From contig JAKMXF010000301.1 in NCBI GenBank assembly GCA_024704765.1, forward strand, positions 279,807 through 343,806: a stretch of 64,000 nt of DNA. Direction: 5' to 3'. The number at the start of each line of letters is the position of its first letter. Position 1 is the stretch's first letter. Source of the DNA: Oopsacas minuta. Taxonomy: Eukaryota; Animalia; Porifera. Positions 14,075-25,315 of the stretch are shown here, one piece after another. The notes under the pieces were generated by a model. It saw nothing but the letters and a program-made list of their open reading frames with translations. It did not search any database and was not told the DNA's origin. The translations under genes and the position numbers were made by a program.

Positions 14075-16758
14075 CAGGGTGTATCAAAAGTGCTGTCGCA
14101 TAACTAACAATTATCCGAAGATCATAATATTTGCGACCCATTCCTTACTCTTATCATTTTATTATTATTCCGATATTTGAATTTCTTCTGTATATTTATC
14201 TGCACAAATTATTAGATATTCTCACTTTATGATATATTTTCTAAGTTTTACATTTTTGTTCACTTTTCGCATAATGGATGTCAACGACCATGGTATTTAA
14301 CTTCGAAATAAGCCATTGGTATGCTGAAGGCTGGTTTGACTCTTAAAAAAGTGTCAGAAGCTCTGGATAATTCAATTAGATCAGCCCAAAGATGGTTCCG
14401 TTGGGAAAAACTTGGACAATCCTTGGGTACTTTACCAAGGAGCGAATGCCCAAAGTTCTTTCTCGCGTTCCTATAATCATCAGATCCAAGATTTTGTACA
14501 AGAGAGGCAATCTACACGATCTATAGCACGTATAGGGTGTCCAGAAATTATTGATACCATGAATTTCTATGTTTAATTGACCATATTTTGATTTATGTTA
14601 TCTCCTAAGTATGTACAATGATATTTCATTTATGTTCATTACCGATTCAGTCTTTTCACAATTTTTGAATTTCGATTATCAAAAATCTAGTGAAATTTAT
14701 ATAATTTATTTAATCACAATTTTCTATCTTTATTAGCGTCATTATCAAGAATATTGAGATTCGTTCACGTGCTATTGGTATGATAGAAGGCGGCATGACA
14801 CAGAAAGATGTAGCTAATCATCTTAGTAAGGGAATTGCCACTATTAAAAGGTGTTGGAAACGCCACATCAATAACCAGAGTCTCAATCATAGACCTGGTG
14901 CAGGAAGGCCGCTAAAATTGAATCCAGTGGCAAAGATGATAATATCAAAGTCTTTGGGAAAAAGACATCAGTCCATAAGGAGATTGAGTGAAAAATTGAA
15001 ATCTAAAGGACATTCTAATTCGAAAAGTAGTGTACAATCTTATTTGAAGAAGTCTGTTGGCGCTAAACCCTTCAAAAGGCACAAACAACCGAAATTAACA
15101 CCAAAACATAAGGAAAACAGACTTTTGTGCTGCCAAAAATATCGAAATTGGTCAGTGGATAATTGGAAATGCATTCTTTGGAGTGATGAATCTCCATTTG
15201 AACTTTTCATCCTCAAACCATCAAAATGACCGAATTTTGGCAAAGAGTTCAGCAAATATACCCCCTCAGCAAACAGTAAAATTTCCTCAAAGAGTCATGG
15301 TGTGGGGCATGATGAGCTATCAAGCGGTCTCTGAACTGCACATAATACCTCCCAAACAAAATATAAATGCCGCCTATTATACGGATGAGATATTGGCCAA
15401 AACTTGTAAAGATGCAATTAAACGCAAAAGAAAGACAGGAAATATCTTGCAGAAGAGAATGCTTCCAGAACCGTTGAAATCGATAGTCATGCAAGATGGT
15501 GCTCCATCTCACAGGGCCAAAATTTCGCAAGAATGGTGTTATAAACACTTACGTAATTTTTGGCAGAAAGAAGTGTGGCCAGGTAATTCGCCAGACCTGA
15601 ACCCCATTGAAAATCTTTGGCCAATACTCAAGCAGAAGCTTGAGGAGGCACCCAAGCCGAACAACCTTCAAGACCTCATATTTCTTCTGAAAAATGCTTG
15701 GTCAAACTTAGATTCTTCGCGCCTCGAAAATTTAATAGTAGGCTTGCCGAATAGAATTGCAAAATGTATAGAATTAGAAGGAGGTGATATAGGTAAATGA
15801 AATGAGTAAATGGTGGGTAATTTCGAACTTATAGAAACTTATGAAAGGTATTAAAAATTACTGGACACCCTGTACATTGGTTAATTCTGGTTTTCCCGCT
15901 TCACATTCAACAGTCCATCGCTATTTGAGGCAATTCATCAATGTTTATCCATACAAAAGGCGCAAATCCCTTGTCTGACCTATAAAATGATGCAAAATCG
16001 ACTCGACTCGACTTCGCCCTAAACATAAGAATTGGACTGTAACAAATTGGGAGAATGTTTTATGGTCCGATGAATCACACTTTCAACTATTATACCACCA
16101 AACAGGCAGAACGACCGAGTGTGGGTACATAGTTCGGCCGATGTTCAGCCATTCAAATGTGTTAAATTCCCGGTGATAATCCAAGTTTGTGAGATGATGT
16201 CTGACCAGGCACTTTCAGAACTCCACATAATCCCTCAGAAACAGACTGTTAACGGAGAATATTATCGAGAAAAAAGATTGAAAGGCACTTGCATGGATGC
16301 AATAAGAAGAAAAGCAAATTCTGGCACCATTTTGGAACGGTCTATGACTCAAAAGATGTCCCAGGTGATTTTTATGCAAGATGGCGCTCCAGCCAACACC
16401 GCCAAGCTCACTTAGACTTGGTGTTCAGAACACCTGCCAAACTACTAGGCGAAAGTTGACTGGCCAGGCAACTCCCCGGATTTGAATCCAGTCGAAAAAT
16501 TCTGATTTATCTTTGCAGACAAGCTCAGTAAACTCCCCGAAGTTAGCACTATAAATTCCCTCATAATTCATTTGAAAAAGGTGCGGTCAGGGATTGACCC
16601 TGTGATTCTTCAAAATTTGACAAATGGTATGCCTAATCGCATTAGCGAAGGTATAAATCGGTCAGGAGATTAGATGGTAAATAGAGTATAATGTTATATT
16701 GTGTATTGAATATGTTATAGTCAAATATATACTACAACAGAACTTTTGATACACCCTG
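14075..16758 (+). mobile_element. IS630-Tc1-mariner element with DD37E triad (outer copy, about 1342 bp after removing the nested copy)
   Basis: TIRs CAGGGTGTATCAAAAGTGCTGT and ACAGAACTTTTGATACACCCTG with TA TSD. Transposase remnants at 14275-14530 and 15875-16680 include LWSDES, FMQDGAP and WPGNSPDLNPVE, with 37 residues between D2 and E. Confidence 0.88.
14533..15872 (+). mobile_element. DD37E Tc1/mariner element (1340 bp) nested in a related DD37E element; transposase 14780-15800 with one frameshift
   Basis: TIRs TAGGGTGTCCAGAAATTATTGATACC and GGTATTAAAAATTACTGGACACCCTG with TA TSD. Motifs WSDES, MQDGAPSH and WPGNSPDLNPIE with D-(37)-E spacing counted. The ORFs overlap with a single frameshift near 15200. 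Confidence 0.92.
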
Positions 16759-16775
16759 TAGAGTTCAACATTATA

Positions 16776-16958
16776 CAGTAGAACCTCGTTAATACATACA
16801 CCAAGGGACCGTCAAGATTTGTACACCTTATGAGGGGTACGCATTAACCTGAGTAAAACCAATAGAATATTCATTATATGGACTAAAATTGTATAAAATT
16901 CTGTTCGTCTTATCCGGAAATTCTTATTAAATGTGTTCGTATTAACGAGGATTCACTG
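16776..16958. mobile_element. pogo/Tigger-like MITE (183 bp)
   Basis: TIRs CAGTAGAACCTCGTTAATAC and GTATTAACGAGGATTCACTG with TA on both sides. Confidence 0.8.
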
Positions 16959-17694
16959 TAGTCAACATTCTATTTGTGTGTAAATATAGTAAACATGTGG
17001 AAATACTCAAATTCCTTCGATTTTCAGCTAAAAAGTACTAAATATGGTGACATCCATGTTTGTACTATGAATTTTACACATATAGTGTAAATACTTTGTA
17101 TTTCATAAACTGTTAATGTAGACAAATCAGGAGAACTAGGACATCAAAAAGGGTGATTATACCTCATAAGAGGCGAAATTGTAGTGGAAGGGGCAATGTT
17201 TTGGAGCGTTCCCGAACTTTTATACTTAGGAATATACCCCTGGATATTCCAAAAATCATCTTTCAATTACGTTCAAATATATATTTTGGTTTCCCTAATC
17301 TAATCCAGTTTCAGAAATGTCACTTTGGTTGAAGGATATATGTTGAATTTTTAGGGAAAAAATATAATTGTTAATCGTTGCATTCCTGGATTATAGGCAT
17401 TATTTTCATCTGTAAATATATAGATAAAAAAGAGCTTAGCTCATCGATAAAAATTTCAGTTAACCTAATGATACATATTCCAAGGATACCGGACTCTTAG
17501 AATTGGCGAGGGTATATTCTCGATGGACTATGGCCAGGGTAGCAATAATTTGGAGGATAACGTAAATTAATGAGATCAAGTTCCATTTATGAATATTTGG
17601 TTTTATGCTCCAAAATATTTCAAACCAATTGAAATAATTTGTCATGGAGGAAATATTGAAAATTCATGAAATAATAGATAATTCTAAATCTAAC

Positions 17695-18023
17695 CTGGAA
17701 GTGAAATCCACCAACACCTGTTGGCGTAGGTGTAGCTTGGAGCCTTCGAGTTGGAGTTTGTAGCTTTTTATATCCATCTGGAGCGGATAAAATAGTGTAA
17801 CCTTCTTGAGGAAAGAGAGAATCCAATTCGTCATCAGTCATATAGCAATTTCTCTCATCCAATTCCAAATTCCATCGCATTGCACGTAATTGTTCAGGAG
17901 TCATAGAACCCACTGCAGGAGTACCCATTCCCATGGCATGTAAACCTGATGGTGTCACACCCATCCCAATGGGGGTGGAAAACCCTTGAGAAGATGGTGT
18001 ATTATCACGAGGAGTATAATCAC
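17695..18023 (-). CDS. SF3B1: SF3B1 coding exon 4 (TP repeats and p14/SF3B6-binding region)
   Basis: Acceptor ttctag|GT (phase 1, matching exon 3) and donor CAG|gttaga. MTPEQLRAMRWNLELDERNCYMTDDELDSLFPQEGYTILSAPDGYKKLQTPTRRLQATPTP aligns to human [60 protein letters not shown]. Confidence 0.95.
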
Positions 18024-18590
18024 CTAGAAAAGTAAATGCTGAGGTCACATTACAAAATTGCAAGACAAAAAAGGGAGGATTATGAGATAGCAGAGAGGAA
18101 TTGATTAGCGATGGATTAATTGGGGAATACAAGACATAAATATCACTAATTTCCCTAGAAGCTATACCCCACTTAGCTCTCACGCAAATATGACGACAGG
18201 ATCTTCTCATTAAAAAGTATTCATAACCTAAATTACAAAACAATAATATATACAAGTTCTGATTCTCACAAAATATGAATTTTGGGAAATAAGGGACGAT
18301 GTAACTTAAAAATAGATGTCATCAGAAAATATACCCACACTTGTTCAAATAAAATGCCCTATCATGTAATTATACCTATTAGAATTTCAAATTCATATCA
18401 AATCTCTATAGATAAAAATTACTAGATCAGGAAATATAAGAGCGAAAGCGATTACAATAGAATAGGTTGGAACTAAAAATACCTTAATCGAAATTAATTT
18501 AGTATAATTAATGAGTATGAAAAAAGTCTATAATTATTACTGTAAATGAAAATTCCAATTCCTCACCAAATACCGTCAAATATATTTCTA

Positions 18591-19899
18591 CAGGGATATT
18601 CAATAAATAAGAAGACTTTTTCATAATTCATATAGCAAACCTATATTTATCATAATTGATTATCAAGTGTTTCGATAATTTCCCCTTTAACTTTATACAT
18701 TGTTTCCATCGTTTTGGTAACTTTTCTAGCCCAGTGGTATAGTATTCTTTAGGGATCCCTTTTTCCCACTGTTGTATTTCATACTCCAGCCGATTGAAAT
18801 CCTCAAATCTCTTCCTCGAACAGGTCTCTTCATCTCTCCAAACAGCAAATCGTCGCTGGGAGCAAGACCTGGACTATACGGGGAATGAGGGAGGCATTCG
18901 AATCCTAAGTCATCAATTGCAGCCATTATCTTGGAGCTTACATGGGGTTTTGCGTTGTCATGTTGCAGCAATACGCCACTTGTCAACTTGCCTCGCCTCT
19001 CACGTTTAATCACTTGACGCAATTCTTTCAATTTGTCAACGTAATAATCGCTGTTTATGGTTGTCTTCTCAGACAACCAGTCGAGGTGTATAATTCCTTC
19101 CTTATCCCAAAATACTGTTGCCATTCTCTTCCCTGCTGATTATGCGGCCTTTACCTTGATGGGTACAGGTTCATCAAATCTCTTCTACTGCTTCGATTGA
19201 GTTTGCTCTCTGGTTCATAATAATAAAACCAAGTTTCATCCCCTGCTACTATACGATCCAAAAAGTCTTCCTCTGCCTTGTATCTTGAAAGTAATTCTTG
19301 CTAACTCTGGCCCTTTTGCGTGTTTGTTCTTGTGAAAGAAGTTTTGGGACCCAACGCGCAGTTACCTTCGACATTTCCAGATCTTCAGTGATAATCGAGT
19401 GTAGTGTGGCTTTTAATATACCTACCCTACCCTCTCTTCTAACTCTCGCAGGGCTATTCGTCTGTCCTCGTCCAAAATTGTCTGGATCCTCACGATATTA
19501 CTGCAGATTATTGAGGAAGTCGGACAACCTGGACGAGGGACATCGTGGAGTTCCTCATCACCATTATCAAAACGTCTGATCCATCTATATATGGTGGCTT
19601 TCGTAGGACATTCATCAACGAAAATATCCTGCATTTCACGAAGAATGTATGAGCCAGTCTCCCCTTTTTCCATAGGTACCAAATATTTGTCGTTTTCCTT
19701 CTTTGCTAAAATCCATTAGTTGAAAAAGTAGCCTATACAAATGAAATTTTATACTGAAGAATATCCTAGTAGAGTAAAGAGTACATTGTATTGAAGTTAG
19801 ACAATCAAGTTAGGCTTGTAATCTGAGATTAGGCTTAGAGCTGTATTAAATAGAATATGAATTCGATACATCAGTCTCATGACTTATTAAACACCCTTG
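18591..19899 (-). mobile_element. mariner (DD34D) element, about 1.3 kb, decayed
   Basis: Imperfect TIRs CAGGGATATTCAATAAATAAGAAGACT and (reverse complement) CAAGGGTGTTTAATAAGTCATGAGACT with TA flanks. MATVFWDKEG..LQHDNAKPH..HSPYSPGLAPSD gives D-(34)-D. N-terminal HTH remnant at 19422-19682. Confidence 0.88.
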
Positions 19900-20286
19900 T
19901 ACAAGTAAAATTTACTATCACTACCTAGGGTATATCAATGTGGAAATTCACATTCAAGACAATATATTACACGCTGATATAACAACTGAAGAATAAATAC
20001 AGGTTCGTAAGTCCTATTTACGCATTCAATTGTCTGATTAATATGAAAATAAATAATCGAATCATTAAATAAGGAATGTAGGCATAAAACTCGGGTACTG
20101 AAACTTGAGTCCATCTGAATAAATTTGAATTTCTATATTTCAAAATTCTTAAAATAAATATTCAAGTTGGCTCAATTATTAGATTATTCTTAAATGTGAA
20201 ATATAATATACTAATAATTTAGTGAATAAGGTACATGTATTACTAAAAATTCGGGTTTTTGAGGTTTGTAAAACTTTTGGAATATA

Positions 20287-20645
20287 CAGTAAAGTACGTG
20301 TAATCCGGAATCCCTAGGACATTGAAATTTATGGGATTACCCACACACTGAATTACAAGCACTCTGTCCCGAAATGGAATTATTGTAATGTTTAAAACTT
20401 ACTACTGTTTAAAGGATGGAGAATTAAGTCTCTAAATATTAATAGTCTCGTGGTATTCATGTTAATTAGGATTGGATTGAAAGTTCATAAATCTTCGTTG
20501 ACATAGTTACCTGGAAAATATATAATAACGATTGTTCATTAAATGATATTGGAAAATGTTGAATATTGCGGATCAGGCGGATGAACTAGGAATGGGATCG
20601 ATAGATATCAAAAGTAGGGGCATATCCGGATTACGAGCACTTAAT
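20287..20645. mobile_element. Possible pogo-like MITE
   Basis: Ends CAGTAAAGTACGTGTAATCCGGA and TCCGGATTACGAGCACTTAA are imperfect inverted repeats. Right boundary uncertain. Confidence 0.45.
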
Positions 20646-20651
20646 AACATA

Positions 20652-20842
20652 CAGTCACGTGGGTAGGGTGGAACAAGTGGCGCAATTGCGTCACTTGTAT
20701 TTTTCTCTGTGCTAGGTGATGCGCCACCTGTTTTTAAGTTTGACTAGGTAATGTCTCATTGCATGTACAGAATTTACTCCACCTGTACCAAACAATTCGC
20801 TACCTGTGCTTAAGCACTATCCCAATCCTAGCTACGCCACTA
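20652..20842. mobile_element. hAT-type MITE (about 190 bp)
   Basis: Termini CAGTCACGTGGGTAGGG and CCTAGCTACGCCACTA (CAGTGGCGTAGCTAGG type). 8-bp flanks ATAACATA and TTAACATA match at 7/8. Confidence 0.6.
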
Positions 20843-22202
20843 TTAACATAAAAAGCATATCATATAAAATGGGACATGAAAAACAATCCGGATTACTCGA
20901 AAAACGAATACACGCATACGGGTTAGCATACTAGACTGTATGGTATAATGCCAATAATGAGGATATTGTTGACTCCAGACACGCGCTATTTACAACTATT
21001 GAAAGAGAGGTTATATAGTCTATTTACCCGATTAGCGTATCTATGGCATTTCATAAGAGAGCTTTTGGCCAAAAAGTTAAAAATTGTCAAGTTATTGTTG
21101 AATAACTGCCAACATATGCCATCCATGGTGATAAGCATATATCTGAATGAATAAATAGCATCTAGACAAACAATTAATATTATTCTCGATCACATGGAAT
21201 AAATTTTCTAACTGAAAACAATAGTAATTGTTATTCTCACAAACCCTACAGAGTTTTGAATGGTGAAAGTGTTATCATATCTAGGAACTAAACATTCAGA
21301 CAAAGCCCTTATACGTGTAATAGAATCCCAATATACAACTTCCTATTTGAAAATTAGACAATTTACACCACAATACTAATTAATTTAAAGATAAAAATGG
21401 AACGACTTCGATTTCCAGAATAGAAGAGTCGGCGGTCCTAAATATTCAGATGTCAATGATTTCATAGGATTGAGACATCTAGAAAAAATATCATAACCAA
21501 CTCCACGGCATAAAATAGACAAAAAGAGGATTATTGAAGTTTCCAGGTGATATGAATAAATGTGATTTATAAATTGGGTCACAGGTAGCCTTCTAGTATG
21601 TAGATTATAATATTGATCTTGCAAATCTATACCCTACATGGTTTATATGAATAATCTATTTTCTAATTACAAATTGTGTAATTTCAGCAGACCTTACGAA
21701 TTACCAATCAGATTTAAATAAAATCAGTATCATTTGATAAAAGATAGGAAATTTCAACGCTATGAGTGATTTTTGTGCATTTTTTCACTGAATATCGTCA
21801 TGTTTTGTTCAATTAGTTAGGTTCACAACTGCTCTCACTTGGAACACAATTTTGGAAGTAGTTTTACAACCGAATTGCCAGTTTCGTAGCCAAGGATTCT
21901 ATATATATACTTGAGAATTCTCATTTATATCGTAATATCTACGCCAATCCTGATGCCCATCCACTGTACACTTTTTCGCTAGCATAAGTAATAAAATTAT
22001 TCAGGCTAGTGCAACATACACAGCCACTGGTAAAAACACCTAATACAACGACGATTCCCAATCTGGGGTCAAATATTACGGTATTCATTATTCAACTTAG
22101 CTTATAAAAAGCATATCTGGTCTTGCATCTACATTTCGAAATATTATGCTAAGAATATATTTATTGAGTTGTCTAGGATTATATTACATAAATAAGTGCC
22201 TG

Positions 22203-24025
22203 TGTCACATAGTAATTTTCCTGCACGTTTATTTCCCCAAAGGAAAAATGTTATTAGTAGTTTTCCATCCGGGAAAATTATGAAGTGTAGCAAATCTCCC
22301 TCTATTCAACAAAGCAATTTAAAACAATTGAACCCATATTAGCTTCAGACAGAAGTCAAACACTTAAATTGCAATATAACTAAGAAGTATCGTAAATATA
22401 TAGATTATGTATTTGATGATCAAATTTAACCTTGATTTATGCAACTTCCAACTTATGAAGATATTTACAATTATGTGGAAAGGGGATTCTACCCAAAATC
22501 TTTTGAAAACCTGGACAAAAAATTATTAAAAGATAAAAGAAGAGATTTAGAAAGGAATGGCAATCGTTTCAAGTTAAAAATAGCCTTCTCTAGCATATTT
22601 CGACGATGTCACGACCTGATAGTATCAGAGAATCCCAAAGGAGATAGACAAAGGAAGAATTTTTCGAGTATTGCATTGTTCTGAATTCGGGTGGTTGTCA
22701 CTCTGGTATTTGTTCTACATTCAATAAGATATCTGAAAGGTACTGGTGGAAAGGGATGTACAATGATATTCTCTCGAAGATAAATAGTTTGCAAGAATGT
22801 CAACAGCAAAATCAATTCAAGAAAGGCCCATCCGAACTAGATCCTGTGAATATACCGAATAGAAATTTTCCCAAATGGGGAATGGATTTAATTGATCCTC
22901 TCACAGCAACAGTGGTAGGAAATTCTCAAATTATTGTTCTTACTGAATATCTCACTGGATAGGCAGAGGCCAAGGTAATTTCAACAAGAATCGTCTTCTA
23001 CTTTTGCTGCGATACTGGATCTAATAATAACCCGATTTGGTGCACCAGAGAATTAATCTCTGATCAGGAAGAAAATTCGTAAATGAACTCACCCATCTAC
23101 TCTTTCTATAAGTGGAAAACTTGAATCTGGATGGATGGGGAAGAAAATTATGGTAGAAGTCTTGGAAAGAGGTACAAATAAATTAGATGGTCTCAAAAGA
23201 ATCTTTAATGCTACTCAACTTAAACCAGTTATTTAGGAGGCTATGGTAACAGAATTACCAGCAAAGAAAACCGAATTAGTCGAAAGAATAACGAAGAAGT
23301 AATTCCACTTGAAATAAAACAGGAGGTTCAAAACTATAGATTTCACTCACCAAATGTACAATGGCAGAGGAACATATGCTGCTCCTGGAGGAGTATTAAA
23401 GTTTAAGGAGAAGTCGTCACCTATTGGTCAAGTACTAAATGTAAAATTTACAACGTTTTCGAAACCGAATCGAGGAAAGCATATTATCTGCGATGGTAAT
23501 TGTTTTTTCAGAGCTTTATCATTTCAAATTACCGGATAAGAAGACCAGCAGTCTGCAGTTCGTAAATATGTATGTGGTTTTATGGAATTACAAGGGAAGG
23601 AAATAGGTGGAAAAACCCCCAAGATTATCTCGAAGATTCGAAAATAAGGAAAGATGGAACGTGGGGAACTACTGATGAATATTTTTCTGCAGCAGCATTG
23701 TTAAAAACTACAATTTATGCCTGAAATATATTTGGAGAAAGACTCTGCTGAATTCGACATGGTCATAATAAAGAAAATATCAACAATTTCGGGGTATATG
23801 TTGATAATTCTAGTAGGAGTCATTATGATATTGTTCTACCAATTAGTAAAAATGATAGCATTCCATTTTTTCATTACTCTTAGCTACTATATTCTATTTA
23901 TTTCTGCTTAAGTGAGTTTCTCATATTTATACTATTTGAACGCAATTATCTAATCATCTGATTGTTTACTAAGTAGTAATCTCCCGGGGGGAAAACCACA
24001 GTAGGGGGATGAATACTATGTGACA
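22203..24025 (+). mobile_element. Ginger-type DNA transposon (Gypsy-like integrase plus OTU protease remnants), internally deleted
   Basis: Termini TGTCACATAGTA and TACTATGTGACA. Integrase remnant KWGMDLIDPLTATVVGNSQIIVLTEYLT (22756-22990). OTU remnant CDGNCFFRALSFQITG..GTWGT (23470-23720). Flanks CCTG and TCGG. Confidence 0.75.
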
Positions 24026-24060
24026 TCGGCACTATTAATTACTTTAATTGAACAATAAAC

Positions 24061-24163
24061 TGGTATCATTGTCATTATTACTTAGCCTCTCCATACGGAA
24101 AACTATTTCGCGACATAGATTTCCGTATGGAAAGGATAGGTAATAATGACAATGGATACACCA
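24061..24163. repeat. About 100-nt near-perfect hairpin/palindrome
   Basis: CATTGTCATTATTAC pairs with GTAATAATGACAATG, and CCATACGGAAAACTAT pairs with ATAGATTTCCGTATGG (1 mismatch), around an 8-nt loop TTCGCGAC. Confidence 0.85.
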
Positions 24164-24930
24164 AATGCCCGTTTCTAATTTCGGTTATTATTTATGTAAC
24201 AAAACGTCCACTAAAAGTTGCTCTGCCAATAATCCTACTGGTGGTACAAATTGTATAAATTGTAGAGTATCCAAACATTATAATTCAAATTTAAATACAG
24301 ATGTGAATTTTCACAATAATATTGATATTATTTGAGGCTAATTGTATAAATAACTGAATTTCTAACTGGTTCAATGTGTATATAATTCCACAAACAAATA
24401 CTTACAATAACATGTAAAAACGCAAGTAACCACTTTTACATATCATTTAAAGAATAAAGTTATACATACACATATAGATATATAGAAACATTCAACTCCA
24501 CTTAATGGGCACATCCAGCCATTAAGCGAAGTTCAATATTACCCGGAGATTTCCGAAAAATAATACTAAAGAGCAGCGCTATTCAATTTATGCAGTCGAT
24601 GACTTCCCTGTAGAAAGTTAACCACTCTATGGTTGAGCCAAAGCTATCCAATGTACAAACTTTTAAATTTTCCGAATGCTTGTAAATATTTCAAAGTTGA
24701 AGTTTTCGATATTATAGAGAATTATATTTCGGCGGCCGACCTAAAGGTAGTTAATTAAACTTTTGATATTAGAAAAGAAATACGCATATATAACTCACAT
24801 TATCAGATATTTTCATTTCTGTGGTTGTTTGTACACTAATGGCTGAGTTAAGTGGGTAATTAAAATCATGAGGGTATGTTAAAGGATAACAAATAAATAC
24901 AATAAATATACAAACAAGTATTTAAAGTAC

Positions 24931-25315
24931 CTGGAGTACTAAGACCAGGAGTAGATTGATAAGGTTCAGGGGTTGGTTGGACTTTTGGAGTACCCCTTTC
25001 GGTAGAAGGAGTAAGATCCCAACGGGACTTTCTAACCGAGCGAGTTTGAGTAGGAGTTTCGCTATGTTTAGACTCAGAAGCTTTAGGAGTACCCCAACGG
25101 GTGGATTCCGTAGAAATTGGTGTACTAGAATTATGGGATAAAGAGACTGGAGTAGTGGGAAACTGATATCCAGTTCCAGGGGTAGCAACTGGAGTAATAG
25201 CAATAGGTGTAAGGACATGCTCATGATATTCGGAAGCGGGAGTTGAACCAGGATCAGAAAACGTGTTAAGTTCAATCTTTTTGGTAGGTTTGTCTTCTCT
25301 CCGATCCATACGTCT
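24931..25315 (-). CDS. SF3B1: SF3B1 coding exon 3 (TP-rich, ULM-containing N-terminal region)
   Basis: Long polypyrimidine acceptor tctttctactttcttctatacttctttag|AGA and donor CCAG|gtactt (phase 1). The many TP motifs plus STRWGTP and RKSRWDLTP are typical of the SF3B1 N-terminus. 385 nt keeps frame with exons 2 and 4. Confidence 0.9.

Noticed and set aside
17620-18255. 211-aa ORF as a standalone gene
   Set aside because: Only 17695-18023 is SF3B1-like and bounded by splice sites; the remainder is intronic read-through.
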